From Guillardia theta CCMP2712 (lineage: Eukaryota > Protista > Cryptophyta), in NCBI RefSeq assembly GCF_000315625.1, contig NW_005434658.1, positions 108,535-172,534 on the forward strand: DNA of 64,000 nt, read 5' to 3'. Numbering within the stretch: the first letter of the stretch is position 1; every line of letters starts with the position of its first letter. The notes below the pieces were generated by a model, which saw only the letters and a list, made by a program, of their open reading frames with translations, made no database searches and had not been told where the DNA came from. A program made the translations under genes and the position numbers. Shown here one piece after another: positions 47,919 to 61,783 of this stretch.

Positions 47919-50900
47919 TTATTCTTGTGTGTTTGGCATTTCAAAGGTCTTGTATAAAAATTGATAGGCGAGGAGGTTGAGGAAAGCGCGTTGTCTGCTG
48001 TCTGCCGCTCCTCCATGGCCGCCCTCGATGTTCTCGTAGTAGTGGACGCCTGCTGGAAGTTAGCTGGGAAGACAGCGAGGAGGGAGGAGAGGAAGAGGAG
48101 CATGGAGGACAGGGAGGGCTGAAGGAGGAGGGGAGGGAGGGAGGGAAAGAGAGCAAGGAGGAGCAGGAAGCGGTTGCTGAGGGGAGGATGGAGCTGCGCG
48201 CGGACAAGCAGGGAAGGGGAGGAGCTCACGGGAATGCCCAGCTGAAAGAAGGTTGGCGACCATCCTCCTCGCATGCCCCGGATGCACGCGGTCGTCTCGA
48301 GTGCTGGTAGTGAAGAGAGCAGGAGGGTAGCGGGCGCTGCTGGAGACCTGGTGGTAGGGGGAGATGTCCTGCAGGATGTGAGGCGCGGGAGACAAGGAGG
48401 TGGCAGGAGGGGAAGGGGAGGAGCTCGCGATACTGAAGACAGGAAGAAGGGAGGAAGAGGAGGAAGGATTGCGAGGGAGTTGGAGGAGGACGCCGAAGAC
48501 ATAGTAGGCAGGAGTCGATATGAAGATAACGAGGAAGATGGAGAGGAAGAGGAGAGGTTGAGGACAGGAAAGAGGGAGAAGAGGGAGAGGAGGGATGGGT
48601 GGAGGGAGGGAGGGAGTCGCGTGCGGGCACCTTGAGGTACTTCCAGTCCTCTCCGTCCGGGTCGCCGTACTCGTCCATCCAGGATGCGCCAGCAAGGAGC
48701 TTGTGGTAGCGGCGGAGGTCGAGGAGTGGAACAGAGCAGATGACAGCTCCGAAGAGGTCAGGACGCTGCGTGAGAGCGTTGCCGACCTGAGGACGATGGT
48801 CAGGGAGAGAAGGATAAGAGGGGAGAGGCGGAGGTGGAAGAGAATAAGTTGGAGGAGCAGGAAGGGGAGGAGGAGGAGGAGCAGGAGGGAGAGGAGGAGG
48901 GAGCAGGAGCAGGAGCAGGAGCAGAAGGAGGGGATGACTATGACATGAATGGTACCAGCAATCCTCCGTTGGATCCACCTTTGCATGCAAGCAGCTCTGG
49001 CCTGGTCACGTTCTGCTTGCTCGTAAGCTTCATATAAACCCTCTGTGTCTCCCTCCCGCATTCCTCTTCCTTCTTGTCTCTCCCTCCCTTCTCTCTCCTT
49101 TCTTCGCTCCTCTCCACTCTTCTGCTGTCTCATTCCCTCCCTCTTCCTGCTCCTCCTGCTCCTCCTTTCCTCTTCTCACCATCGCCACAAGCTCTTCTGC
49201 CACAGCAAAGAAATCTTCGTATGCTCGCTGTCGCTTCTCCCGCATGGCTGCTCGATGCCAGGCAGGGCCGAACTCTCCTCCTCCTCGGATGTTCGCAACC
49301 ACGTACGCTCCTCCTTGCTCCAGCCATGCCGCGCCCACATCTGCCTGATAGTTCGGGAGCATAGAGACTTGGAAGCCTCCGTAGCCGTAGAGGATGGTGG
49401 GACGAGGAGGAGGAGGAGAGGAGGAGGAGGAGGAGGAGGAGGAGGAGGACGCAGGAAGATCTCTGGCGATGAGGAAAAAGGGTACGCGAGTTCCGTCCTT
49501 GGAGGTGGCAAAGTGCTGGGTGACCTTCATGTCACGATGTTGGAACATGTGGGGAAGACGTTTGACAACGAAAGCCTCGTCGAAGAAACTGAAAGAGGAG
49601 ACAGAAAGAGGGAGAGAGGAGGAAGCAGGAGAATGAGGAACAGGAACAGGGGAGCAGGAGGGAGAGCAGGCAGAAGAGAAAGTGATGGAGAAGGACAAGG
49701 AAGAGGAGGCAGAGGAGGCCGATAATGAACAAGAGGAGGGGGGGGGGGGAGAGGCGACAAGGTCAGAGTCTCAGTTGAACGCAGTTGTCCTCCCCTCCCC
49801 TCACCTGGTTTTTGACGACAGCAGGTCGTTCACGTGCAGGAGGGAGAGCGAGGTGGGCTCGATGTAGGAGGACCGAGTCAACCAGACCTGATCCTCGTCT
49901 TCTCCCTCCACTGCCATGACGTTGATGGTTGAGATGTCGGGAGATGACTGATGTAGCTCGCACACCCATCCGTCCTGCTCGCAAGCGACAACAGTTCAGA
50001 AAGAGAGAGGGGGGAGGGAAGGGCGCTAGCAAGGACAAGGAAGCGAGCGAGCGAGGTAGGAAGGGAGAGAGGAAGGGAGGGAGGGAGGGAGGGAGGGAGG
50101 GAGGGAGTGAGGGAGCGGGCGGACGGATGGACGGATGGAGGGAGGGAGGGAGGGAGGGAGGGAGGGAGGGAGGGAGGGAGGGAGAAGAAGGCAGCTCCTT
50201 CAGATGAGGACCAACGAGCAGTAGGATCTCCCCGAATCCCTCCTCTCTCCCTCCTCACCTCCTGCATCTTCCATATCCTTAGGGAGCTCTTGACTTGATC
50301 GAGGAGGGTGAGGACGAGGAAGCCCTTGGTCTTGCACCAGCCTTGCAGGAACGTCGTGTCGCTCGGCTCAAACAGCAGCGTGAATTCACTCCGCTGCGGC
50401 TCCTGCAGGAAACTTTCCAGCTGCACCGCCACCAGCGATCCCTGCTTGAACTTGTACCGCCCAACCTCCCAGTCGTCCTTGACCAGCACCAGCAGGAACG
50501 AGCCGATGCAGGATACAGAAGCGGTCTCTGGTACCTCCAGCATAGTCCACCCCTCCTCCTCCTCCTCCTCCCCCTTCCCTCCCTCCTTGCTGTCTCCTCG
50601 CATCCTCCTTACGTATCTGACGGAGGAAAAGAAGCTCTTCTGACATACCCGCCACTCCAACCTTCTCTCCCCGTGTCTGGTCACGTAGGAGGAAGCCGAG
50701 ACGCTGCTGTCCTCCACCTCGAACACCACCCTTGCCTCCTCCAGCCGCTCTCCCCTTCTCCACCTCCGAATCTGCGCAGGGTACCCGCTGCGAGTGACGG
50801 ACCGTTCTCCTACTTGAGTCCCGATGAGCAACGTGTCCTCATCAACATGCGACAGGTACGTCTTCCCGCTCCCCACAAAAAAGCCTCCTTCCTCGGGGCG

Positions 50901-51836
50901 AACGAACCTCCTCCTCCTCATATCAAACTCTCTCACCTCTACCGCGTCTGTTCCTCCTAGCGACAACTTAACGATCACACGCTCGCTCTCCCTCCCTCCC
51001 CCAAGATCTGCAACCTGCGTCCCCCGCCACACCCAGGACTTGTTCTCCTCCTTGCAAAGCTGGTCTAAGTCGATTAACGTCTCCCACTCCGGGGCATCCT
51101 CCTTGTATCCGTCCACGCTCACCCTCCTCCAGACTCCTCGCACGTTCTTCTCGTCCCTCCAGAAGTTGTAGAGGAAGTTTCCTCGTTTGCTCGCGTAAGG
51201 GATGTTGTCTTTGCTTTCATAGATTGACATCAGACGGTCAAACAGAGGTTGATTCGTCTCTTTCACAAACTGCTCCATCGTCTCCTCGTTCCGCTTCCTC
51301 ACCTGGGCAACCACCAGTGTCAAGTTCGTGTCCATCATTATCATCATGACCATCATCATCATCATCATCACCACCACCACCACCACCATCGCCATGCAGT
51401 GCAGTGCAGTGCAGTAGATGTTCATTACCCATGCCATGGCTTGCTCAGAAGAGATCTCCTCCAGCCACAAGTCGTCTGCTGTCCTCACAGGAACGCTGCT
51501 CGACATCCTCGAGCTCTGCAGGGAGGGCAGGAAGATCCTCTCCTTGAGCTTCAGCTTCAGCGGGAGTGCACGAGTCGCCCTCGCCCTCTGCTGCAAGGGA
51601 GTTTGAAGGCTGCGACCCGGCATGAAGTGCATGGTGGAGGTCTTGGAGGACATGAGCATGTTCATGGGGAGCTGAAAGAGCATGGTGTCTCTGCGAACAA
51701 ACTCGTCCATGTCCAACTTAGGCAGCTTCCCGAGCTCCAGGAAGACCTCTCCTTCGGACCAGGTGGACTCTAGGAGGAGGGCGACGCATAAAGCGCGCAT
51801 ACCCGTACGAGCCGTCCGGGAGCTGATCACAGACAT
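47919..51836 (-). CDS. Prolyl oligopeptidase (S9A) with N-terminal extension
   Basis: DLWLEE, YNFWRD, SKDGTRVPFF, LYGYGGF, ANIRGGGEFGPAWH; catalytic GGSNGGLL (Ser), TSTRDDRVHP (Asp), EGGHGG (His); TAA stop at 47921-47919. Confidence 0.95.
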
Positions 51837-53048
51837 GTTCTACAGGAAGCAGAGCAGCGAGTCTGCTAGTCAAGAAGTCAGGCAGTTGTACATGAAAAAT
51901 AAGGCAACGAAGCCTCCAAGTAAGTCCAACGACCCATTCGAACCTTGTGACAAAACTTCCAACCTTTCTGTCCCCTCATCCTCTCTTCTACTCTTCATCT
52001 CCATTCCCGTCTTCCCTTCATCAGAAACCTTCCTCTTTCGATAATCTCTACCTTCCTCGTTCGATCTTCTCTACCTTCCTCGTTCGATCATCTCTACCTC
52101 CTTCTCCTCCCCTCAGTTTTCTCTCCACCTCGCCATTTCCCCAGGGACCCTGCAAGAGCCTTTCGGCCCCCCGGAATCCTGTAAAAGTGTTGGCTAAAAT
52201 CTTTACTCACCACCACGGATCCTTCCGGGCAAGGAGAATTTCAGATAATTTCGGAACCGTTGCCACTCAGTGACTCGGTCACCGGGGCGGCGTGACGTCG
52301 CCGGGCCCGGAGAGCCCCGGCTCGGAGTGGCGACTTGAATCAGTGATCGGACCCTGACCGACAAGTCACGACTGAGCCCGGCGGCTCAGCAGCCGCCGCG
52401 TGACTGCGCTGCGGCTACCGTACTGAGCACTGCCGGCGTAGTGCGGCCGCGCGGCAGCCTCGGATAAGATTCAGTCACGGCGCCGCGCCACCGTTCGCTG
52501 ATCGAGCCTGCGGCCATTGAACGACTAGCCTGCCGGAAGTTCACCAGTACACCGTCGTCCCGGGTTCGCCGGGACGCCGTTGGAAGCGGCCTGCCAGGCT
52601 GCCTGCCAGCTGACACACGGTGACTCTGTGAGTCGGACGGACCGTACGGTGCCTCAGTGCCGCGCCCCGTGCGTCGGATCGGCCCGGGCCGCCGGACCGA
52701 CCGGGGCCGTGCCGTACCGGCGGCGCAGTATCATTCGCCTGTCAATGATTGACTCGATCCGATCGGGTCACCTACGAGAATGCCAGGGCTGGTCTATCAC
52801 GGACTGTCACAAGTTCAATGGAGAGGTGACCGTCAACGGGCCGAAATCACGAACTTCGGAACTTCGGAACTTCGGAAGGTAGAGTCAGCTAGTCTGGCAC
52901 TGAGATCGATCAATCCGATCTAGTTGCGAATGAAGAGCGTCTGCTGATCTGACTCATTCTATTGTTGTAACTTGGATAATTGACATGGGAGAGTGCTAGA
53001 GCGAACACGGGAAAGATCATTCAAACTATTTCGATGCCGCGATGGCCT

Positions 53049-53660
53049 CTAGCAGGATATCCAACGTCTCTGGAGGAGGCAGAAGCATGTCATCACAAAG
53101 TCACAGCAAGGAGACATGTCACCTTTCTCTGAAATGAAGCGAGCCATGTGAGTGAGCCTCTGCTGTGGGGCGTTGTGAGGAGACGACTTTGTCGTTTCTG
53201 GTGCTTTGGTGTTGGCTATTCGAGCCACGAGGTTGGAGTATGAACCGCAAATCGACCACCTCCTCTGCTTCCCCTTCATGTTCGATTCTTCTCCAGGAAG
53301 ATGAATTACTGACCCTCCTCTTGGCCGGCATTGCTGAGTATTGAAACTCTCTGGCCGACTGTCACTTGCAGAAAAACTCTCAGGCTGCGATGCAACGTTG
53401 CCATGCGCTCCGTCTTCTGGCAGGTATTCTGCTATGTTGAGGTTTGGAGGCCATTCAAATACATGCATCGCTCGCGATGTGCACGGATCAATCAAGACCA
53501 TGTCTGAATCAACGCTCAATCTCTTTGACGACTTCCATTCCACCATCTCTGCCGCACTCATATGATACCTCCCTTCTCTCTTGCTGGTGATTTTCTTATC
53601 CTCCTGCCTTCTTTCAATCCATCAGTCACTTGTCACTTGGTACTTCTCCTGCGCATGATG
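53049..53660 (-). CDS. Hypothetical protein
   Basis: 170-codon non-repetitive ORF downstream of an intergenic island; no motif recognised. Confidence 0.45.
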
Positions 53661-54971
53661 GGCGTTCATCTCTTGTCAACTGTGCATGCTCCGCTCAGCC
53701 CTTGTACGATCGGGTGCGCGGTTTCGCTACAAAGCCATCAAAATGCACTTCGACCAAAAAAATGTACTACCACCGACCCCCAGCCGGTTCTCGGTAAAGG
53801 TGACCGTTCTCGGAATTCAAGTGCTTCAAGGGTGGGTACTTCACTTAATATCTGAATAGTCTTTTGATGGGTCCCAGGGTGGGTCCCAAGAGAGCGGGTA
53901 GGGTACTTGTTAAGACCGGTTATACTACCCACCCCTCTTAAAATCATATCTTTACTCGCCGCATGAGTCAACGAGGACCAGTCTGGTACTAAATATTTAC
54001 TCAAGTCGGATAATTCCGCTCCCGACCCCGATTCCGATAGTGACCCGTTTTTACTCAAAGTGACCCGTACTACCGTACACTATTGAGATATGACTCTTCA
54101 TCCCCCTCATTCCTCTACTACCGTACTGTACTAGCGCCTACTCGGCAGCCTACTCGGAGGCCGGCGGCCGCGCGCGGTAAGCCCGTCAGTCACGGTATGA
54201 CTCGGACTCGGGGGCCCCGGACAAGTTACTAAGTTAACAATGTCAGGCCCGGGAGCTGAGCCTCGGAGGCCCAGCCGCGCAGTTCCGGAGTGACTCGCCG
54301 GATCGGACCGGCGGCACTGCACCGGCGGCACCGTCCGACGGCCACGGTCACCGTCGGACGGTGCCACGGTGCCACGGTGACGGTGCCGACCGTGGCACCC
54401 GAAAGTTCTCACACTGGCTGAGGCTACTGAGACGGCAACTTATATGATAGTTACGACGGTCTGGCGGGCGGGCCCCCGCGCCGACTCGGAGACTCACTGG
54501 CTCAGACTCAGTACACGGTACTCCGAGTCTTCCCTGCCCCGTAACTTGTCGACGGTCACAGTGCAGCCTGACGGTGTTTAACTGATTCAAGTAAGCTTTC
54601 AGACGGTGCTGAGTAAACTTTAGTAAGTTCAGGGGACCGGGAGTTCAGGGGAGTGCTGGGCGGTGGCCGCGCCCGCCATGTCCGTGCGGTCGAAACTTGA
54701 AAACTGTACGGTCACCACTCCGACAGTAGCCCAGCAGCCGGGCAGGCTAGGCACTAGCCGATCGCACTGGCGGTACCGTCGCTAATGTATCAAAGTACGA
54801 TGTTGACAGTCACCTCATTATCTCGGCCGCATGTCTTGCATGGGTAGATTTCTGTGAGTGAACGCCTGGCAGTGCGATGCCATGATGGGAGTTGGACCCA
54901 CTCTAACCGCCGAACTTCGCAGTGATGGTTGTAATTTGCGACAAGAACCCCGAAGGTTCACACAGTTCACT

Positions 54972-55492
54972 TCAAGTTTCAACTATCTTGTCAGATACTA
55001 TTCTACAAAGAAGGATACGGACAGGGGCTGCCATGCTGTCTGTCATAGACATCATGAGCTTGATATCATCATCCTCTTCTACCATGATGCAGCTTCCATC
55101 ATCCTGCTCCTCCTCTCCTGTGCACTCACGGGTGCTGCATCTATCCTGCAGTCGCATGTTGTGAGCGCCCCGCATGCTGTACCCATTCTGGATAAGGTGA
55201 AACCCTGCCTTCAGTGCTTTTTTGCCGTTGCATCCCTCGAGGCTTTCTCCCTCGCTGCCTTCACTGCTCTCAGCACCATCGCTCCTCCTGCACTCTCCTC
55301 CCTCGGGCTTGACTCTCCTCCCGGCTCCCCGCCGGTGAGGGAGGAGGCGGCCTCGGCTTCCTCGCGGCGACGCCCTCGCGTCGCCTTGACTCTCCGATGC
55401 AGGCGAGACACGGTGGAGCTCTTGCATGACCATGTCGGCTTGGAGGCGATGCTGATGCTACGACGAGCGGGGGGCTGGAGGGGGGTCTGCAT
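54972..55492 (-). CDS. Hypothetical protein, tandem paralogue A
   Basis: 153-aa ORF (54972-55433) overlapping the 338-bp duplicated block; true reading frame uncertain. Confidence 0.35.
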
Positions 55493-55749
55493 GGTCGCGG
55501 GAAGCTGGGGAGGGAGCGGAGTTTACGGCGAAGGAGTTTGGGGGAAGAAGGGGAGGAACGGAGGAGGTTGTACAACGGTATCGTGACGGCCACATGACTT
55601 CAGTCACGAGGTCAGGTAATTCTCGTGGTAAAAGGATTTCCTCGGATACGCTGACGTCAGCCTTGTGATGTCACATGCCCTGTCTGTCACGGCATCGTTT
55701 GGATATCGTGACAGCCACATCGAACGCAGTCATGACCGCTGGCTGTCAT

Positions 55750-56457
55750 GCCTTGGTGCTTCCTGTTGAGTTTCTGTCTCGTCACTACTGGATGTCAAGA
55801 CAACCTGCAAACATCAAGGGCGCGGCAGTTTTGTCGATCACGTCCAGCTTCGCATTCGTGCACTATATTCACTTTATTGATTGATTGTACACTCATTCGA
55901 CACCAAAACATCCAGCTCACTTTAGGCATGATTGAAGTCGATGCCATCCTCTACTACCTTGCTATCCCCTTCCTCTCCCACGCCGCGTGACTTTGAGCCT
56001 CCTGGCACATCGCGATTCGATCTTGCATGTTATGCAGCTTGAAGCATACATACACCGCATGCCGGAGCTCCGTGAAATCAACAAGCTTGAGAGCCTATCT
56101 CGGATAAGGTGGACAGCGACCTACAAGAAAGAAGGGAAGCAACCAACAGAATTCACCACAAACAGCTTGTCCTTATCTCCTTCCCTGCGTCGTTGCATCC
56201 CTCGAGGCTTTCTCCCTCGCTGCCTTCACTGCTCTCAGCACCATCGCTCCTCCTGCACTCTCCTCCCTCGGGCTTGACTCTCCTCCCGGCTCCCCGCCGG
56301 TGAGAGAGGAGGCGGCCTCGGCTTCCTCGCGGCGACGCCCTCGCGTCGCCTTGACTCTCCGATGCAGGCGAGACACGGTGGAGCTCTTGCATGACCATGT
56401 CGGCTTGGAGGCGATGCTGATGCTACGACGAGCGGGGGGCTGGAGGGGGGTCTGCAT
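55750..56457 (-). CDS. Hypothetical protein, tandem paralogue B
   Basis: Shares the 338-bp block (56191-56528 vs 55226-55563, 2 mismatches seen) and residual downstream similarity (caccttatcc, aacatgc). Confidence 0.3.
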
Positions 56458-56670
56458 GGTCGCGGGAAGCTGGGGAAGGAGCGGAGTTTACGGCGAAGGA
56501 GTTTGGGGGAAGAAGGGGAGGAACGGAGTATCGTGACTAAAGTCGTGATAGCTAGAAGCACGGACACCATCGGTCACGATTTGGACACGTTCCAGCTTCC
56601 AGAAGTTCTAAAACATGCTGTAGTAAATAATATCCTAACTTGCGGCACGGACATATTGAGTTCTAAGTTT

Positions 56671-58902
56671 TTACAGGTAGGAGAGCAACGGTGCTACAGC
56701 AAGAAAAGCCTGTTTGAGCAGCGAGTCAAGCAAGACGGCTCCAACAAGTCGCAAGATACTTGTACCTGCAAGATGATGTTGACAGAGAGTGAAGACGCCT
56801 GTTGAGATATCAGCTGCATGCGAGCTAGGAGCACCTGTCAGACTTACAGCGCTGAGCACCGTGTTCTTCTTTTTGTTGCAGTCATACGACGTCTTCGAGA
56901 TGGTAGCGTTCACAAAGTCCACGTACTGACATGAGCATGGTCAGAAGCCGAGCAAAGTCGCATGATCTCTACAGCAGCCGTTGCCGTCAACACGGAGTGT
57001 CGCCCGACGGCGCCGCACCTCCAGTCAGACCTGCCCGCCACTAAGACGCACTCGCCCCCCTCCTTCGTCTCAGTACTGTGGCCATTCCGAGCCCAAGATC
57101 ACCAAGCCGACAATCCTCCATCCTGTGTTGCTCTTCCTGTCATCAGCTCTGTAAGATCTAGATCGCATCAAGGAATACTTCACCATGCTACCGGGCTGCC
57201 GCTGTCACCATTGCAGCTGTCGTATCCTCCCTGCCAAGCTTTAACCGTGCGAAGGCGCTCGAGTCGCCGAGCACCTGATCCGCCATAGCGCCGCCCGCGC
57301 AGATGACATGCCCGTACTCAAACAAGTTCCTGAGTCATTCAGTCAGCTGCATTTTCCCGCATGTGCACAACTGACTTGCAACGCCCTGCTTGACCACAAT
57401 GTCCACTGCTGACCTGAAAGGCATGTCAACACGGAGTCTGAATGATTTCAAGACATCTCACCCCATTGTTCACAGGATTGACATCTCTGCACTTCTGCAT
57501 GGAGCTGACGGGAACTTCCAGTTTCTGCGTCCATGTGTCACCCGATCTGTCTGCATGCTCCTGGTAGAGCGAACTTGTAGCACTGAAGGAACGCATCTGC
57601 CATCACCACATGTACTTCCCCAGCCCATCATAACAACTTTTTCCTGGAGGTCAATCGATAAAGTGAGAAATTCTGGTTCCTTGCAAAGGATGCACAACCT
57701 TGGAAATGTCAAAGGGAAACAGCGGCACAGGGATGTTTGTTCTGCTGCCATCAATCTCTCCTATCCATTCCTTGGGCATGGCTGAATCCAACAGTCACTT
57801 CATCTTTGCCAATGCTTCCATAATTTACACACCTTTGTCCACTTTTAGCATAGCGATATCATGGTAATCGCAGCAAGGATCGAAACATGGATTTGCTACG
57901 ATCTCCTTCACTATCCTTTGTTGGCAGGGATAAGACGTGGAATGCAGATCTGAGCATCCAAAGTAAACGCGTTGGGAGTCAGAGGCCGGAATGATCTGTG
58001 TCTCTGCAGCATTCAGCACGCAATGGGCCGCTGTAAGAATCCACCTGGTTTGAGGTGTAAAAATGAGTGAGGGGAACGTAAGCATCAGGGTTGGAAGACA
58101 AACAGTATTCACATCCAACACATTGACTTCTCTCAGTCAATCCGGTTCCTCCTGCCTCCATCTCTCTCTCCACCACTTCATTTCCTCTCGTTCCTGCTTC
58201 GCCCTCGGCCCGTTCGCATTCCTAGTCAGGCCACCTCCCCTCCATCGATCTTTCTCTCCTCATAGAGCATCGCTGTTGCCGTCTGAGCATGCAAGTTCTT
58301 GTCATACCATTCAGAGATAATCGCTCCGCCGCAGCGCGGGAGGGAGCCGCCCAACATGGCGATCCAGGGGAAGTTCTGAAGCCTTTCTTCCTCCTGGAGT
58401 TGCACGCAGTCAGGATAGGGCACATCATTGCAGGAGTGTTCTCACAGACACCGCAGTGCCTCCTATGATGCGCAAGTTTGAGCTCTTGGACTCAGAGACC
58501 TCTTCCTTGTTTCGATGTTGTCTACTGACTCGCTCAAACCCTGCAGGGAAACTTCATCAGAAAATGAATTATTGCCAACAATGTCGGGGATGAGCTTGAC
58601 AGTTGACATGAGTGCCAAACCATGAAATCCACATGCAGTATTCTTCCACTTTCAGTCTGGGAGTGAGGGGGGAGCACTTGTGCTTGATCCAAGACATCAA
58701 ATTAAAAGCAACCCCGTTTGACGTTTGTTCTCCCAGCCATCAAGGATACAAAGATCTCCAGAACAAGGTTGTCGAGCACAGGAGCACACACAGGGATCAT
58801 TGCGCTCCTTGTCTCTCCCTTCTTACCGGCTGCTTCGCCATCTCCCGACATTGAGACCGTTGCCGCCGCAACCATCACAGCCATGGTAACCCACGACCGC
58901 AT
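56671..58902 (-). CDS. Secreted trypsin-like (S1A) serine protease, multi-exon
   Basis: Signal-like MRSWVTMAVMVAAATVS; activation site LR|IIGG; FPWIAML..CGGAII; WILTAAHC; HDIAML; GWG; VICAG; YDSCNGDSGSP. 3' end approximate. Confidence 0.92.
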
Positions 58903-59834
58903 GATGAGAAAGGAGGAGCGAAAGGGGTGTGCCCAGTTTCACTTCATGAGGGGGGGTGGGGGTGGAAGAAAAGGATATCCATGATACGAGTCTTGAGGGG
59001 ACTACAGCACAAAATGAGGGGGGTAGGGGTAGTCACATGGGGGTAAGGGGGTACGTTTCTTTTAAGCTAGAAAAATAGAGTCGGTACTTTCAGTGAACGG
59101 TGCGGCGAAGCCGGCCGCCGGGCCCCGGCCCGCCCGGCCCATTTTTAATGGTACTACCGTACGGTAGCCTAGTAGGGCCGGGCCCGGTGCTCACGGTCCA
59201 GCCCGTGGGGCTTTACTCAAAGTTAAGTTAAAAAATCAGTACGAGGACAATCATCAGGCCCCCTGAGAGTAGAGGAGGCTGGCCTGCCTACGGTACGGCA
59301 GTACGGTCACTAGCGTCTCCTCAGGCTCTCAGAGCCTCTGAGCCTCGTCGGGTTCTAGTTGAGCCACAGAACGGTCGAAGGATGATAGCGAAGAACTGAA
59401 TGAAAGATGACTGGAAGATGATGATGGTCACGGTGACGAGGACAAGATCAAGTTAATGTTACTGATTTGAACCTGTGGAGAGGTGGATCTGATTACAATC
59501 AGTGACAAGCCGAGGAGTTCTCAAAAGTATTAACTGAGAGTCACCTGCCACCTTGCATTGATTTCTTGATGAGAGAAAGTTTCCTTGTTCATCCCAAGTT
59601 GGGACTTCGTCGAGTACTAGCGAATGTCGGATCCTTGCAAGACGCTAAACGAGAGCAAAACATGAATGTTACTTCCCAGCTGACATCCAGCTACTCTCAC
59701 GCCCTTGCATGACCAGTAGCTGAGGGCCGTCCGGTCGTCAGACAGCATCTAGAGCTCGCACGTGCATTCCTGCCGTGACATCTCTGGACTGTCCTCAGGT
59801 CCTCACCTGCAGCGGTGAGAGGAGGAGCTGTAAG

Positions 59835-61778
59835 ATGGCAAGCTTGTCGGGAGACGAACGACAACTTGGCGTCTGGATAGCAAGAGCCAAGACGTCGATG
59901 CAGGAGGCTACAGAGCTGAAGAATGCCCTCAAGAGCCACAAGGAGGAAGCTCTGGCTCTGCGGCAGAAGGCTGAGGCTGCTGAAGAAGCGATACAAGTGC
60001 TTTTGAACCAGGAGAAGCAAGTGAGTTGTTTAGAGGTCGATTGTCCGTGTTTGATGGTGTTCTGCAGAGAGAAGAAGAAACGTCTATCTTTGCTGACTGG
60101 AATGGGGAGCTTTATCACATACTTGCGATCCAGAAACAGATGTTGAAGAATAAGGTGTTAGCGCATCTTTGCAGCTCCTATGAATAATGATGTCTGCAGA
60201 CGCAAACTCAAGTGAGCTTCTTCAAGATTATGAAGAACAAGCAAAAGGCGTTAAGAGTGATACAGGCCCTCAAGGAGATCAAAGATAGCAAGAAGCGACA
60301 AAGGTCCGTGGACTTTATATTGCCAGGCCATAGAAGAGATTACAAAAAGTTTTGACAGTGTTGAGCAGCAAACTGGCAAGAATCATTGCAAGACGGAAGC
60401 GTTTCAAGACCTTGCGTCGCGTCATTGACTCTTGGGCATCATGTACTCGACGACAGAAACAGGTTCATATCTCAGATGCCTCACATTGTTGTCATGCAAT
60501 TTTCAGATCGGCCGCCGCAAAGAAAATCTTGCAAAGGCTAGGAATGGAACGATCTTGTGTAACCACATGTCAAAGTGGTCTCAAGTGTGCTTCTTTCACC
60601 AAAAGATTGAAGACCAAGTGCTTTTTCGATTCAAACATTTCGTCAGAAGACGAGTCTTGTTTTCATGGAGAAATGGACTGGCAAAACATCATTGTTTTTC
60701 AAGGCTGCTGTGGAGAATGTTTCATCGTTGGAAAACGCTCTACATGAGGCACAGGCTGATGACGGAGAGCGAGCTCTGGTTTCTCGACAGGCACGAGTTC
60801 CTGACAGGCAACCGAGTGTTCCTTGCTTGGAAGTGCCTCGGGCAGGAATTGGTGAAGACGAGGGTGAGGTTCGAAAAGTGTCGAGGATTGATCAGACGGT
60901 CCTGGTACAGGCTACTCTTGCTGTGCTTTGGAGTTTGGCTGTCTGCCATGGAGACGGCAAGGCTGATCAGCGCGAAATGGATGATGAAATGTAACAAGAT
61001 CGTTCCTGCTCAGATGTACACTGCCTTTCTGTCATGGAGATGCAGGAACAAGCACAAGGTGTTGGGGAGGATTACCGTCATGACGAAGAGTACAGGCCGG
61101 CGTGCCCAGTGCACTGCAAGGCATTTCTCCTGCTGGGTTGACATGATATCAATCAAAAGAAAATGCCTTGATCTGAAGAGGGAGGTATGTGAACAATCAG
61201 CAAGGCGAGCTTTACAAGGAGTTCTCAACTGCTGGAAATACCTCCTCCACCTGGCTACTCGTCGAAGTTGGGTGGATCACAAGCTGCATCTCGCCTGCAG
61301 CGATGTGCTCCGAACTTCTTTCGTCCTCTGGACGTTCGGTCACCTACAGCTTTGCCTCAAGATCAGCAGGTACAGCTTGAACAAGCTTCGGCGTAAGTCA
61401 GCCCTGTCGATGACTCTTGACCGGTGGATGTCCAGCACCTGCTGTGCTGACTACCTGCAAGTATGTTCGCTCGCCTGGTCCAGGGCCGCCCGGGCCCTCC
61501 TCTCGTTTCGGGCCCTCCTCTCATGGAAGTTGGTTCTAGAGGACCGGCAAAGGAAGCATGAGAGGAGGCTGATGGATCAGGTTATGGGCCTCAAGCTGAT
61601 GATGTTGTCGTGCTGGAAACTCTTTGCGGCGACGTGCAAGACTGAAAGGGCTGTGGTGGACAACTTTCAGTCGCTCCTCATGAGGAAGGAAGCTGCTCTT
61701 ATCTTGCAATGCTGGAGGGGCTGCGTGCTGAAGCAAGGCTCCAACTGTCTGAGCTCCCCCGACTACCAGAACGAATAA
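59835..61778 (+). CDS. Coiled-coil protein with Sfi1-like (putative centrin-binding) repeats
   Basis: N-terminal coiled coil, then more than 10 regularly spaced F/LxxW(K/R) motifs (VLFSWR, VFLAWK, AFLSWR, VLNCWK, ALLSWK, MLSCWK, ILQCWR). Confidence 0.65.
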
Positions 61779-61783
61779 AAGCG

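Noticed and set aside
55170-55225. ALKAGFHLIQNGYSMRGA as a psq-type HTH
   Set aside because: The resemblance stops before a recognition helix and is not kept in the paralogue.
59405-59466. C/D-box snoRNA-like TGATGA..CTGA
   Set aside because: No terminal stem or recognisable rRNA guide; the motifs are common by chance.
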